Positions 1 through 9,598 of a stretch of DNA of 64,000 bases are shown one piece after another. The DNA lies in NCBI GenBank assembly GCA_965222155.1, contig CBDCTH010000012.1:2080001-2144000 (forward strand), given 5' to 3'. The translations under genes were made by a program, and so were the position numbers. The stretch comes from Gammaproteobacteria bacterium (GTDB lineage: Bacteria > Pseudomonadota > Gammaproteobacteria > Eutrophobiales > Eutrophobiaceae). The notes beneath the pieces are model-generated. The model saw only the letters and a list, made by a program, of their open reading frames with translations. It had not been told where the DNA came from and ran no database searches. How positions within the stretch are numbered: position 1 is the first letter of the stretch; every line of letters begins with the position of its first letter.

Positions 1-1
1 C

Positions 2-985
2 GCTGAAGAGGAGTTTGCCTGTCTGCAGGACGACACCGACCCGGGCTTGTCAATCATGCCCACTTATCAGGTCAGTTCCATTCCGACCACACATCCACAT
101 ATCGAGCATCCACCTTACCATTCCCGCGCAAGCGGGAATCCAGTAAGCGGGCATTCCTTATATACGGATAACCATTCCACTGGATTCCGGGTCAAGCCCG
201 GAATGGCGACGGCAATTAATACCTGTCGGCCCGCCGTGGGGATTTTGCGGGAACAGGGTGTCAACGGCCATATTGAGATGGCCGCAGCGTTTGAACGTGC
301 GGGCTTTGACTGCATCGATATCAATATGAACGACCTGATAACCCGGTCTGCGTCACTGGACAAACTGGCCGGCCTGGTGGCCTGCGGCGGTTTTTCCTAC
401 GGCGACGTCCTGGGCGCCGGCGGCGGCTGGGCAAAATCCATACTGTACAATGACCACCTGAGGGATGAGTTTGAGCGCTTCTTCAAGCGCGCCGACAGCT
501 TCGGCCTGGGCGTCTGCAATGGCTGCCAGATGCTGTCCCGCCTGCGCAGTATCATACCCGGCGCCGGTCATTGGCCGGATTTCGAGCGCAATCGGTCCGA
601 GCAGTTTGAATCCCGGGTGGTCATGGTCGAGATCGTCGACTCGCCTTCGCTGTTCTTTAAAGGCATGGCCGGATCGAAAATGCCCATCGTGGTTGCCCAT
701 GGGGAAGGGCGCGCGGTGTTTAACGAAGACCGGCAACGAGCGCAGGCCGTATTACGGTTTGTCGATAATCGGGGAGAAGTGACGGAAACATACCCGTATA
801 ATCCCAACGGCTCAAGCCGGGGCCTGACGGGATTCACCAGCGACGACGGGCGCTTTACCATATTGATGCCGCACCCGGAACGGGTATTCCTGACACAACA
901 GCTATCCTGGATTGCCCAGGATCAGCCCGGCGCCGATAGCCCCTGGATGCAGATGTTCTATAATGCACGGAAATGGCTCGGTTAG
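2..985 (+). CDS. purL: Phosphoribosylformylglycinamidine synthase, C-terminal glutaminase domain (5' truncated by window edge)
   Basis: Frame open from base 2 (AEEEF..DDTDPGL); motifs [46 protein letters not shown]. Confidence 0.97.
   Translation, partial: AEEEFACLQDDTDPGLSIMPTYQVSSIPTTHPHIEHPPYHSRASGNPVSGHSLYTDNHSTGFRVKPGMATAINTCRPAVGILREQGVNGHIEMAAAFERAGFDCIDINMNDLITRSASLDKLAGLVACGGFSYGDVLGAGGGWAKSILYNDHLRDEFERFFKRADSFGLGVCNGCQMLSRLRSIIPGAGHWPDFERNRSEQFESRVVMVEIVDSPSLFFKGMAGSKMPIVVAHGEGRAVFNEDRQRAQAVLRFVDNRGEVTETYPYNPNGSSRGLTGFTSDDGRFTILMPHPERVFLTQQLSWIAQDQPGADSPWMQMFYNARKWLG
118..206. repeat. Two-hairpin palindromic element (RPE/dRS3-like) inserted in frame in purL
   Basis: CCATTCCCGCGCAAGCGGGAATCCAGT...ACTGGATTCCGGGTCAAGCCCGGAATGG; terminal IR CCATTCC/GGAATGG; translates HSRASGNP...TGFRVKPGM. 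Confidence 0.75.
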
Positions 986-1081
986 TACGAGAACTTTTAA
1001 ACCAGTTTGTAGTCAATAATAGAAATGTTTTTAAATTGTCACAGAAATCTCTGTGGCCAAAATTAACGCCAGGCGAATACC

Positions 1082-2029
1082 ATGCTGATAAAGACACCGG
1101 ACCCGATCAAACCTTCCGAGATCACGGACCGGCAACTCTACCTGAACAGGCGTAAATTCATCAGCAATGGTGCGAAATTCGGCATGGCCGGCGCCTTGCT
1201 CAACGCGGTGTCCGTAACAGACGCCCTGGCCGGAACAAAATTGTCTCCAGTAAAAAACAATGAATTCTCCACGGAAGAGGAGTTGACGCCATATGACGCA
1301 GTCACCCGCTACAACAACTTTTATGAATTCGGCACCCACAAACGCGACCCGTCCGAAAACGCCGGTAAATTCAAACCGCAACCCTGGTCGGTAGTTATTG
1401 ACGGCGAATGCATGAAGCCCGGCACGTATACGTATGAAGACATCATCCAGCCCCACCAGTTGCAGGAGCGCATCTACCGTTTACGTTGCGTCGAAGCCTG
1501 GTCCATGGTCATCCCCTGGGTGGGCATCCCGCTGGCAGACGTGCTGAAACGATTTGAGCCCACGTCACAGGCGAAATACGTGGCATTTACCACCGTCATG
1601 CGCCCGGACGAGATGCCCGGTCTCAGGCGCAGGGTGCTGGACTGGCCCTACCGCGAGGGCTTGCGCATTGACGAAGCCATGCATCCGCTGACCCTGCTGA
1701 CCGTCGGCCTGTACGGCGAGGTGTTGCCGAACCAGAACGGTGCGCCCATGCGCCTGATCGTACCCTGGAAATACGGCTTCAAAAGTGTTAAATCCATCGT
1801 CAGGATAGAATTCACCGGCAAACGACCGGATACTTCCTGGAATATGTCGGCCCCGCAGGAATATGGATTTTATTCCAACGTCAATCCGGAAGTGGATCAC
1901 CCGCGCTGGGGCCAGCGCAAGGAACGCCGTATTGGTGATTTCTTCAAGCGCGACACCCTGATGTTCAACGGTTACGGCGAGCAGGTGGCGGCACTCTACA
2001 GCGGTATGGACTTGCGGAAAAATTATTGA
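1082..2029 (+). CDS. msrP: Protein-methionine-sulfoxide reductase catalytic subunit (Mo, Tat-exported)
   Basis: Tat motif NRRKFI; [30 protein letters not shown]. Confidence 0.96.
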   Translation: MLIKTPDPIKPSEITDRQLYLNRRKFISNGAKFGMAGALLNAVSVTDALAGTKLSPVKNNEFSTEEELTPYDAVTRYNNFYEFGTHKRDPSENAGKFKPQPWSVVIDGECMKPGTYTYEDIIQPHQLQERIYRLRCVEAWSMVIPWVGIPLADVLKRFEPTSQAKYVAFTTVMRPDEMPGLRRRVLDWPYREGLRIDEAMHPLTLLTVGLYGEVLPNQNGAPMRLIVPWKYGFKSVKSIVRIEFTGKRPDTSWNMSAPQEYGFYSNVNPEVDHPRWGQRKERRIGDFFKRDTLMFNGYGEQVAALYSGMDLRKNY

Positions 2030-2691
2030 TGAGCATACGCTGGCACAAGCCCACCCTGTTCCTGCTCTGTTCGATCCCGTTCTGCGTACTGGTCTACAAC
2101 GGCTTTACCGATAACCTGACTGCCAACCCGATCAAGGAGATCACGCATTTTACCGGTGGCTGGGCACTGAAATTCCTGCTCATCACCTTATCCATCACCC
2201 CGTTGCGGAAAATTATCCGCAAGAATTCACTGATCCGGTTCCGCAGGATGCTGGGCCTGTTCGCGTTTTTTTACGCCAGCCTGCACTTCTCCACCTACCT
2301 GGTGCTGGACCAGTTTTTCGACTGGGGCGAGATTGTCCGCGACGTGGCGAAGCGGCCTTATATCACCGTCGGCTTCACTGCTTTCGTATTACTGATCCCG
2401 CTGGCGGTCACGTCCACGAATAAGATGGTGCAGCGCCTGGGAAACAACTGGCGCAGACTCCATAAATTAATCTACCCCAGCGCCATCCTGGTCATCCTCC
2501 ACTACCTCTGGCTGGTCAAGGCTGATATCCTGCCTCCGGTCATCTACGGCCTTATCCTGTGCCTGTTGCTCGCCCTGCGTTCGCCCAGGCTGAAGCTGGA
2601 CAGGATAAGAAATCTGGCAATGATGCGAATACCGGACAACGCAATGCATACTCGAAACACAGAGACATACCCGACGAATGAGACGCCCTAA
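2026..2691 (+). CDS. msrQ: Protein-methionine-sulfoxide reductase heme-binding membrane subunit
   Basis: Overlaps msrP stop; [32 protein letters not shown]. Confidence 0.95.
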   Translation: MMSIRWHKPTLFLLCSIPFCVLVYNGFTDNLTANPIKEITHFTGGWALKFLLITLSITPLRKIIRKNSLIRFRRMLGLFAFFYASLHFSTYLVLDQFFDWGEIVRDVAKRPYITVGFTAFVLLIPLAVTSTNKMVQRLGNNWRRLHKLIYPSAILVILHYLWLVKADILPPVIYGLILCLLLALRSPRLKLDRIRNLAMMRIPDNAMHTRNTETYPTNETP

Positions 2692-3223
2692 ACCTGATCC
2701 AGGTGAGATTGAACTGTTCCGGCGCTCCGTCGGCGACGTCACACCGATAAAATACGACAAGGTACAGCATCAACCGGATAAACCCGCGCCCGAAGCGGTG
2801 CAAAGAATGGCTGATGAAGCCGCAGTCATCAAAGAGATGGCTGACGGCTTTTTTGACACCGAGGCGGCAGAAACCGGGGATGAACTCCTGTACAAAAGGT
2901 CGGGAATTCAAGACAAGGTATTCAGAAAACTGCGCCGGGGACAATTCGCCATCTCTGGGGAACTGGATCTGCATGGATTCAGAGTACAGGATGCCAAAGA
3001 CAGCCTGTCCGACTTTCTCAAACAATGCATAAACCGTAACCGGCGGTGCGTGCGGATCATCCACGGCAAGGGACTGCGCTCAAAACAGGGCAGACCAACC
3101 ATTAAAAGCCTGATTGGTAAATGGTTGCAACAAAGACAGGAAGTGCTGGCTTACTGCTCGGCAAGACAGGTAGACGGCGGCACCGGGGCGATTTACGTGC
3201 TGCTCAAGAATTATCAGCGGTAA
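2678..3223 (+). CDS. Smr/MutS2 C-terminal domain endonuclease
   Basis: LDLHG, IIHGKG, DGGTGAIYVLL. Confidence 0.93.
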   Translation: MRRPKPDPGEIELFRRSVGDVTPIKYDKVQHQPDKPAPEAVQRMADEAAVIKEMADGFFDTEAAETGDELLYKRSGIQDKVFRKLRRGQFAISGELDLHGFRVQDAKDSLSDFLKQCINRNRRCVRIIHGKGLRSKQGRPTIKSLIGKWLQQRQEVLAYCSARQVDGGTGAIYVLLKNYQR

Positions 3224-3234
3224 GCTGAACTATC

Positions 3235-3259
3235 GGGGACGGATTTCAAATCCGTCCCC
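3235..3259. repeat. Solo 25-bp palindrome (REP-like; same family as the core hairpin of MITE family A)
   Basis: GGGGACGGATTT-C-AAATCCGTCCCC perfect inverted repeat. Confidence 0.8.
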
Positions 3260-3268
3260 TTATGCACG

Positions 3269-3478
3269 TCAGACCGGTCGGGATAAAGGGGTCAGTTTCG
3301 CCCCCAGATGGGGACAAAAGGCGTTGGCAATGCAGAGTTTCCCGTCAGTGCCGCGCCAGCCGATCACCTCATTGCCCAGCCACTGTCTGCCGACCAGCTT
3401 TCCGACCGGCATATTCCCGGATAGCTCGAAGAAATACCAGCCACTGGGAAAGGGCGTGAATGGAAATCTGCTGTTCAA
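3269..3478 (-). pseudogene. Truncated Rieske [2Fe-2S] oxygenase N-terminus
   Basis: FPSGWY...FCPHLGA then stop; second Rieske motif (CxxH) and catalytic domain absent. Confidence 0.75.
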
Positions 3479-3479
3479 G

Positions 3480-3887
3480 TTAACGATCCCGTTTTATCCA
3501 GCCTTGGTGTGACGGCAGGACAAGGCACAACAGCCCCAGAAAAATATAATCCAGCATCTGGTTGACGGCTGACCACTCCTGCAGGATGTAATGACCGACC
3601 AGCAGGCTGATCATAAAGGCAAACCAGGCATACACCGTGTACGGCTTCCACCGGGTGACGACGAGGGCCAGGGCCAGACCCACCTCAATAAACGGTATGC
3701 AGGCCAGATACAGGTTCACCAGCCAAGCCGGCATTTGAAGCCGCAGGTCTCCCTGAAACAACTCCGAATAATATCCGTAAAATCCCCCGGCACTGAAGAA
3801 TTTACTGGTACCGGCGGTGAGGAGGATCACAATCATCACCAGGCGGACGATACGTTCGGCGTCTTTCAATAATACTGGATTGATCAT
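3480..3887 (-). CDS. DoxX-like membrane protein
   Basis: 135 aa, about 4 hydrophobic segments, AGTSKF and IPFIEVGL patterns. Confidence 0.65.
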   Translation of the reverse strand: MINPVLLKDAERIVRLVMIVILLTAGTSKFFSAGGFYGYYSELFQGDLRLQMPAWLVNLYLACIPFIEVGLALALVVTRWKPYTVYAWFAFMISLLVGHYILQEWSAVNQMLDYIFLGLLCLVLPSHQGWIKRDR

Positions 3888-4040
3888 TTGGGTCCTCGCG
3901 ACATTAATATGATATGCACGCAGGATTATTATAGAGGCAAGATAGGCGAGTTAGAAATGGTGCTGGAAGGGGGAATATAAATGAGTAAATAACTCGTTGA
4001 TTCTAACATTAATTATACCACGTCCCGCCTCTTTACCCTA

Positions 4041-4082
4041 CGTTTATCCCAACACGTTTATCCCAACACGTTTATCCCAACA
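4041..4082. repeat. Tandem repeat, 3 x CGTTTATCCCAACA
   Basis: Exact 14-bp copies at 4041, 4055, 4069. Confidence 0.95.
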
Positions 4083-4428
4083 AGATTTAAACTGATAACA
4101 GTTAAAATTCTACCTTAATACCATATCAATAACTGGCAATAATTGTACAAAAGCCTTATTCAGAATCCTGAATGGAGACCCAGTGCATACCGTCCAAGAA
4201 TTTCATGAGTAAGCAAAAATTATTTTTACGATTTTATTCTGGGGTTCTCCCAATAGGCTGATTCAGGTGCACTGATTAAGAATCTCGTTAAGATCATCCC
4301 GTGGTGGTAGAAGCTAAAACTAACTATCTTTTTGAGGACCGGCTGATTGATTATGTTTAACCGGCGATTTACACAGAAATATTTACAGTCCCCTCAAGTC
4401 TGGACAACTTGAGAGTTGAATTAAACTC

Positions 4429-4716
4429 TCAAGCCGCTTTTTTTGGCCGTGTAGTGATTTTCAGTTCCCGCCCTACCCTAGCCAGCATATTCACCAGCGC
4501 ATCAATGCTGAATTTGAAGATATGACCATGCATCAATGCGCTGACTTCAGGCTGGTTGATACCCAACAAGGTAGCAGCATCCTTCTGCTTGAGACCTTTC
4601 TTACGGATGTATTCCCGGATTTCCAGCAGTAATTCCGCACGGACTTTCATGTTGGCGGCTTCTTGTTTATCGAAACCAATATCTTCAAAGACGTTATCTG
4701 TCGTGATATTTTTCAT
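4429..4716 (-). CDS. XRE/HigA-type HTH antitoxin
   Basis: NVFEDIGF...GLKQKDAATLLGINQPEVSALMHG..KFSIDAL; directly downstream of a RelE-like toxin. Confidence 0.9.
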   Translation of the reverse strand: MKNITTDNVFEDIGFDKQEAANMKVRAELLLEIREYIRKKGLKQKDAATLLGINQPEVSALMHGHIFKFSIDALVNMLARVGRELKITTRPKKAA

Positions 4717-4720
4717 CGTG

Positions 4721-5044
4721 TCATCTCTTAATCTGTTTAAGCCTGTTTCTGGCAAGGTCTATGTCTTGTCTGGACGTACGCTGCGTCTTTTTACGGAATG
4801 CATGAAGTACGTAAATTGATTCGCTGAATTTGGCTATATAAATCACCCGGTATTGTCCTTCATACTGGACACGGATTTCCCTTACACCCTGACCGATACT
4901 GTTTATGGGCTTCCAATCAGAAGGATCATAACCTGACTGTACGGCCATCAGTTCAGCGCCGACTACCTGTCTGGCCTTATCCGGGAAAGCTTTTACATCT
5001 TCCCTGGACGTACCTAACCACATAATCGGCTTTATATTCGACAT
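4721..5044 (-). CDS. RelE/ParE (HigB/Gp49-like) toxin
   Basis: GVREIRV...YRVIY...YVLHAFRKKTQRT. Confidence 0.9.
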   Translation of the reverse strand: MSNIKPIMWLGTSREDVKAFPDKARQVVGAELMAVQSGYDPSDWKPINSIGQGVREIRVQYEGQYRVIYIAKFSESIYVLHAFRKKTQRTSRQDIDLARNRLKQIKR

Positions 5045-5290
5045 GCTGAATTATAGAAAATTATCTATACGGTAGTCAAGGAAATAGACCCAATTATCGT
5101 GTAAGCGATATACGGAGGGGGCTAGTGTATCCCTCATTGGCATTTGTATCTTTATTGCAGGAAGTCTCTCACACGTTACGAAGCCCGCTTCAGCAGTGAG
5201 TACGTCCTGTAAATTTATAGAACCTGAGGAGATTTTCGGGTCTCTTGCCAGGGAACGCTGAGACATGCCGACATAATATTAATTCGATAT

Positions 5291-5430
5291 TAATAATTAA
5301 TATGATGTATTTTAGCAAATATACAATATGAATAATGTATTTTTATGAATATACAATTTATATAATGTATTTTAGTTGATATACAATTAATTTATTGTAT
5401 AATCATTATTAAACTATTAATATATTGTCT
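5291..5430 (+). promoter_or_regulatory. Array of putative HipB operators, ATACAA-N8-(A/T)TGTAT at 30-bp spacing
   Basis: Clear copies at 5321, 5351, 5381; degenerate copies at 5291 and 5411; AT-rich, just upstream of hipB. Confidence 0.7.
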
Positions 5431-5455
5431 ACGTTGAATAACCTGGTTAGCCACC

Positions 5456-5791
5456 ATGAAAACACTGATCGAACTTTCTTCCGAACTTGAGAAGCGCCGG
5501 CGCGCTCTGGGGTTGAATCAATCGGATATGCTGATGAAAATCGGCATGTCACAGCAGCAATACCAGCGGGTTGAGGTCGGCCATGACATACGGGTTTCCA
5601 CCCTTTTACGTGTACTGGAAGGCATGGGTCTGGAACTCCTTCTGGCGCCCCGCGAGCAGGTTCGACACCTGGAAAATATGCTGCAACCAGGTGAGCATGA
5701 CTATGACATCATGCCTGCTGATGCTGATTGGCAGGATGAGGTCAAAGAATCCTCATGGTCCTCTATGTTGAAAGAATTTGAGGATGAATAA
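5456..5791 (+). CDS. hipB: HipB-like HTH antitoxin
   Basis: XRE HTH (RRRALGLNQ..IGMSQQQYQRVE), acidic tail, 2 bp upstream of hipA. Confidence 0.85.
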   Translation: MKTLIELSSELEKRRRALGLNQSDMLMKIGMSQQQYQRVEVGHDIRVSTLLRVLEGMGLELLLAPREQVRHLENMLQPGEHDYDIMPADADWQDEVKESSWSSMLKEFEDE

Positions 5792-5793
5792 CA

Positions 5794-7062
5794 ATGGAAG
5801 CGACGAACCGGCTGGTAGAATCCGCAGCAGCGTTGCAACTGACACTGCACGGACAGAGGGTCGGAATACTCACCCATTACACCGGCGACAAGAACATATT
5901 AACCTTCGACCCGGAATACAAGGCCTTACGGGAGCAAAACCGGCCAATAATGACGCTGACTCAAAGGATGAACCCGAACTACCTGGACAGGGTGTTGGTG
6001 AGTTCTCAGAGAGTTCCGGCCGTCTTGTCCAATTTGTTGCCAGAAGGCGCGCTGCGGGAACTGCTATCGGGAGCATTGAAAATTCATCCCACAAACGAGT
6101 TCCCTTTACTGGCATGGGTTGGCAACAACCTGCCTGGGGCTATCGTTGCAGCGCCTGTGCCGGCCGGTGAGATTCCTGTCTGGGCTTTGTCTGCGAGGAG
6201 CCGGACAGAGGCGGTTCAAATTGACGTTAAGGGAGTTGCGCAAAAGTTTTCACTCGCCGGTATTCAAATGAAATTTTCCACCATCCGGCAGGATGTACGT
6301 TACAACATCAGCGCTGAGATAGGGGATGACAATTGGATTGTCAAAACGCCATCCACAATGCACAGGAACGTGCCGGAAAACGAATACAGTGCTATGAAAC
6401 TGGCCAAATCCATAGGCGTGGATATGCCCGAGATTGCGCTCATTTCCCTGGATTCACTGGATAACCTGCCCGCAATCCAATTGCCTGACGAAGCGCATGC
6501 TTACGCCATCCACCGTTTTGACCGTCGGCCCCGGAGTCGTATCCATACGGAAGATTTTGCCCAGGTATTCGAGTTTTTCGCTCACGATAAGTATGGAAAG
6601 ACCAATTACGAACAGGTTGCCAGCGCACTATATCGTTATGGCGCGGGCGGGTTGGGAGATATCCAGCAAATGGCCCGTCGCCTGCTGGCGAATATCCTGC
6701 TGGCTAACGGCGATGCCCATTTGAAGAATTGGTCTCTGATTTACCCCGATGCCGTCAACCCGAAGCTGGCCCCGGCGTACGACATCGTGTCGACGCTGCC
6801 GTACGTCCCGGGCGAAACCGGCATCGCGTTGAACCTTGGCAAACAGAAAAAGTGGTATTCCATGAGTTTGCAGGCTTTTCAGACCTGGAGTAAACGGATA
6901 GGCGTCCCGTGGCCTGCCGTGAAAGCGCATTTGCTTGATGCTCTGACGGCAGCCCGTGACTTGTGGCCCGGGATGTTAGAGGACCTGCCCATGCAGGAAC
7001 TACATAAGGAAATCCTCAGGTCCCATTGGTCGAAGCTTTCGGCGGATTTTAAATTGTCGTAG
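5794..7062 (+). CDS. hipA: HipA family serine/threonine kinase toxin
   Basis: NLLPEG, KFSLAGIQMKF, RFDR, HTEDFAQ, NGDAHLKNW, LAPAYD. Confidence 0.95.
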   Translation: MEATNRLVESAAALQLTLHGQRVGILTHYTGDKNILTFDPEYKALREQNRPIMTLTQRMNPNYLDRVLVSSQRVPAVLSNLLPEGALRELLSGALKIHPTNEFPLLAWVGNNLPGAIVAAPVPAGEIPVWALSARSRTEAVQIDVKGVAQKFSLAGIQMKFSTIRQDVRYNISAEIGDDNWIVKTPSTMHRNVPENEYSAMKLAKSIGVDMPEIALISLDSLDNLPAIQLPDEAHAYAIHRFDRRPRSRIHTEDFAQVFEFFAHDKYGKTNYEQVASALYRYGAGGLGDIQQMARRLLANILLANGDAHLKNWSLIYPDAVNPKLAPAYDIVSTLPYVPGETGIALNLGKQKKWYSMSLQAFQTWSKRIGVPWPAVKAHLLDALTAARDLWPGMLEDLPMQELHKEILRSHWSKLSADFKLS

Positions 7063-7287
7063 CTTTACCTTACAGTATTCTTGTTGAATACTTCCATGTT
7101 GTGTGCCTATAAATTCAGTTTCCAGTTCAGGCATGCCATCTTCCAGCAACATGGCAATGACTTCCTGCAAGTTTTTGTTCAGTTCATCCAAGGTTTTTCC
7201 CTGAGAATGGGCGCCCATAAAACCTGGCACATAGCCTACATACAGCCCCGTTTCTTTGCAGTGCTCGACAACTGCCGTAAAATTCAT
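7000..7287 (-). CDS. HicB-like antitoxin (orphan; C-terminus runs into hipA)
   Basis: FTAVVE...YVGYVPG..GAHSQGKTLDELNKNLQEVI; SD GAGG upstream of the ATG. Confidence 0.8.
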   Translation of the reverse strand: MNFTAVVEHCKETGLYVGYVPGFMGAHSQGKTLDELNKNLQEVIAMLLEDGMPELETEFIGTQHGSIQQEYCKVKLRQFKIRRKLRPMGPEDFLM

Positions 7288-7561
7288 GTTAATACCTCAT
7301 TACTCTCAGATAGGGTCAGACAAAATTCAGACGCCTGATATAGGATAGATGATCCGAGTGTACACATCAATGTGTGTGATATTAGTGTGTGTATGCACAC
7401 TGATAGTGGTGTGGTTTTGTGCCAGAAAGACTATCGCGGCGTGGGGAGACCACTGCAACCATGTACGGCCACACAGCTCTTTGGGCAATATACCGCCAGC
7501 TGTGTTCGCCCAGAGGGCAGCATGATTTGATCCATTTTCCCTCAACTGCTGTGGGACTGAT

Positions 7562-7997
7562 TGTTAGGAACAAATAAACTGTCCGGTCCCGTATCGGTGT
7601 ACTGGACAAGCATTATCATGTCAGCTTTTGGGAGGCAGGCCATGACGCGGACAAACTGGTTACAGGAGACAAAGCGGATGAGATTTGAAGAAGCCTATAG
7701 GGGTTGGACAGCGCGGCGATTAACCCAAGAGGACGCGGCACAGTAACCGGGCGTGTGTGCCCGGACCTGCCGACGTTACATCGACCGGTATGAAGACGCC
7801 GGGTTGGACGGGTTACTGGACAAGCGTCTCTCGCAGGTCTCGCACCGGCGGGCGCTCCCTGCGGCAGTTGGGTATTGAGATGATACCGGCGTATTCTCCG
7901 GCAGCCCGGGGGCGCTCGGAGCGGGCTTTCGGGACACACCCGGGACGCTTGCCGCAGGAATTGGCTGCGGTCGGTATTACCACGATGGATGCCGCCA
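7562..7997 (+). mobile_element. Decayed IS remnant (ISNCY/IS1202-IS481-like transposase)
   Basis: Left end TGTTAGGAACAAATAAACTGTCC; ATG at 7642 (MRFEEAY..RLTQEDAAQ*PGVC.RT.RRYIDRYE); internal deletion and frameshift to AYSPAARGRSERAFGT. Confidence 0.8.
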
Positions 7998-8124
7998 AAA
8001 TATCCTCCGATTACCTATGGAGCGCACCTGTCAGAAATCATAGCAAAGGTTTATAACACAAACCCGTTGCAGGAAAACTGATAGCGATTCTTTTCTGTTC
8101 AGGTTTGCGTCTGAAGTCCTGCAA

Positions 8125-8720
8125 TCAAAACTCCAGTTTTCGATTGGGGTATTTTTCCATCATTTTCATATGGCCGTTCATCAATTGTCTTATCGGTTCC
8201 ATAGCCCACCGATATTGTTGTCTGTTAGTGTGTATTTCATTGGGATCGCGCATAATGTTAAAAATTTTCACCGTGTTCGGATAAAGCTTGATATTGTTCC
8301 ATCGAACAGCTTCAAGCCGTGTGCCGAGCCCTGTTCCGAAAACGCTGTACTTATAATGGAACAGGTAATCCCTGCGTGAAAATCCTTCCCCATTGATGAG
8401 TAATGACGTCTGGTTTACGCCATCGATTATCCTGTCACCGGGAATATTAGCCTGGGCGCCGGCAATGCTGGCTATCGTGGTGTACCAGTCAGTGATGTGA
8501 ACAAGATCCAGGGGTTTAGATCCCGGTTCGATAATCCCCGGCCACCACGCGATTGCCGGGGTTCTGACACCGCCTTCCTTTACCTCGTGTTTCCTTCCGC
8601 GCAGGTAACTGAAGCCAGCTGAAGGGTAAAAAGAATACATTGGCCCGTTATCGCTTGCCCATATAACAAGGGTGTTTTCTTCTATTTCCAATTGTTCCAG
8701 TTTTTCTCTCAGACGCCTTA
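8125..8720 (-). pseudogene. Arylsulfatase C-terminal fragment
   Basis: ENTLVIWASDNGP, EGGVRTPAIAWWPG, DGVNQ; N-terminal CxPxR motif missing. Confidence 0.8.
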
Positions 8721-9510
8721 TATTCTTGTCGTGTTGAAATATCTGTGCAGCCTGGCAATATGCCCTGTCCCGAAAGCATTGGCATCATTGGCGAAATTCT
8801 TCGTTATCTTGTTCGTCAGGTTACGTCCGACCAATGCGATTTCCCAGGTGTTCTCGTCGATGGTAATGGCAAGACGCCCATCGAGTTTCACGTAACCTGA
8901 CAGGAAGGTGAAGGGCTCAAGGTCCAGCGCCATGGCTATCCTGTCCTGGTAGTAGACCTGGAGAAATCCGATTACATTTATATTGGTTGCCAATTACCAG
9001 GAATATTCTGCATTTGCAGTAAAGGCCCAGTTTGGCGCATATTGCAAGGTCTTGTCATTCAGGTTCTGGGTTGCCGTTGCCGGACCTGGTCCATCGGGGT
9101 CTATGCACCCATCAGCTACGGTCTGCCCGACATAACAGGGCGCATTATTATATTTATCAAAACTTGCGTCCAGGTGTGCCATGGTCGCGTAAAGAAGTAG
9201 ATTTTCCATTGGTCACCAACGAATATCCGCTTCAATACCTTGAGTGACAGCGGATGCGGCATTACCCACATTGAAGGTGACTGAACCCTGTAATGTGCTT
9301 ACTTGCAAATTGTCAAATTCACTACGGAATAACGCAATATTTGCCTGAGCGGCGCCACCGGCAAAGGTCAACTTTGCTCTCACTTCGTACGCGGTTACAT
9401 CTTCATCTTCAAATTGAAAATTATCCAGAGCAGTGGCTTGGGGTGCGGAAAGCTGATGATCAAATCCCTCCCCTTGAAACCCCTGTCGATACTGCCGTGT
9501 AAACGGGAGC
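8718..9510 (-). pseudogene. TonB-dependent receptor C-terminal fragment with in-frame stops
   Basis: AYEV.AK...NIALF.SEFDNLQV...GIEADIRW* ...APNWAFT.NAEYSW* ...GRNLTNK; stops at 9213 and 8994. Confidence 0.75.
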
Positions 9511-9598
9511 TGCCGGTCCTCCCGGGAGTCTTCTTCCGAGGGGCGTTCGCGTGTAGAGCACGGCCGGGAACTGTTCCTGGTCTGATTTGGGCCGCTGC

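Noticed and set aside
4041-4082. Possible CRISPR array
   Set aside because: The 14-bp repeats are contiguous with no spacers, and there are no cas genes
5051-5266. ORF starting MSQRSLARDPKISSGSIN, resembling a MarR-type wHTH fragment
   Set aside because: The resemblance covers under 20 aa, too weak to call
5291-5430. 30-bp periodic repeat as CRISPR or replication iterons
   Set aside because: Period too short for repeat plus spacer, no rep gene, and better explained as hipBA operators
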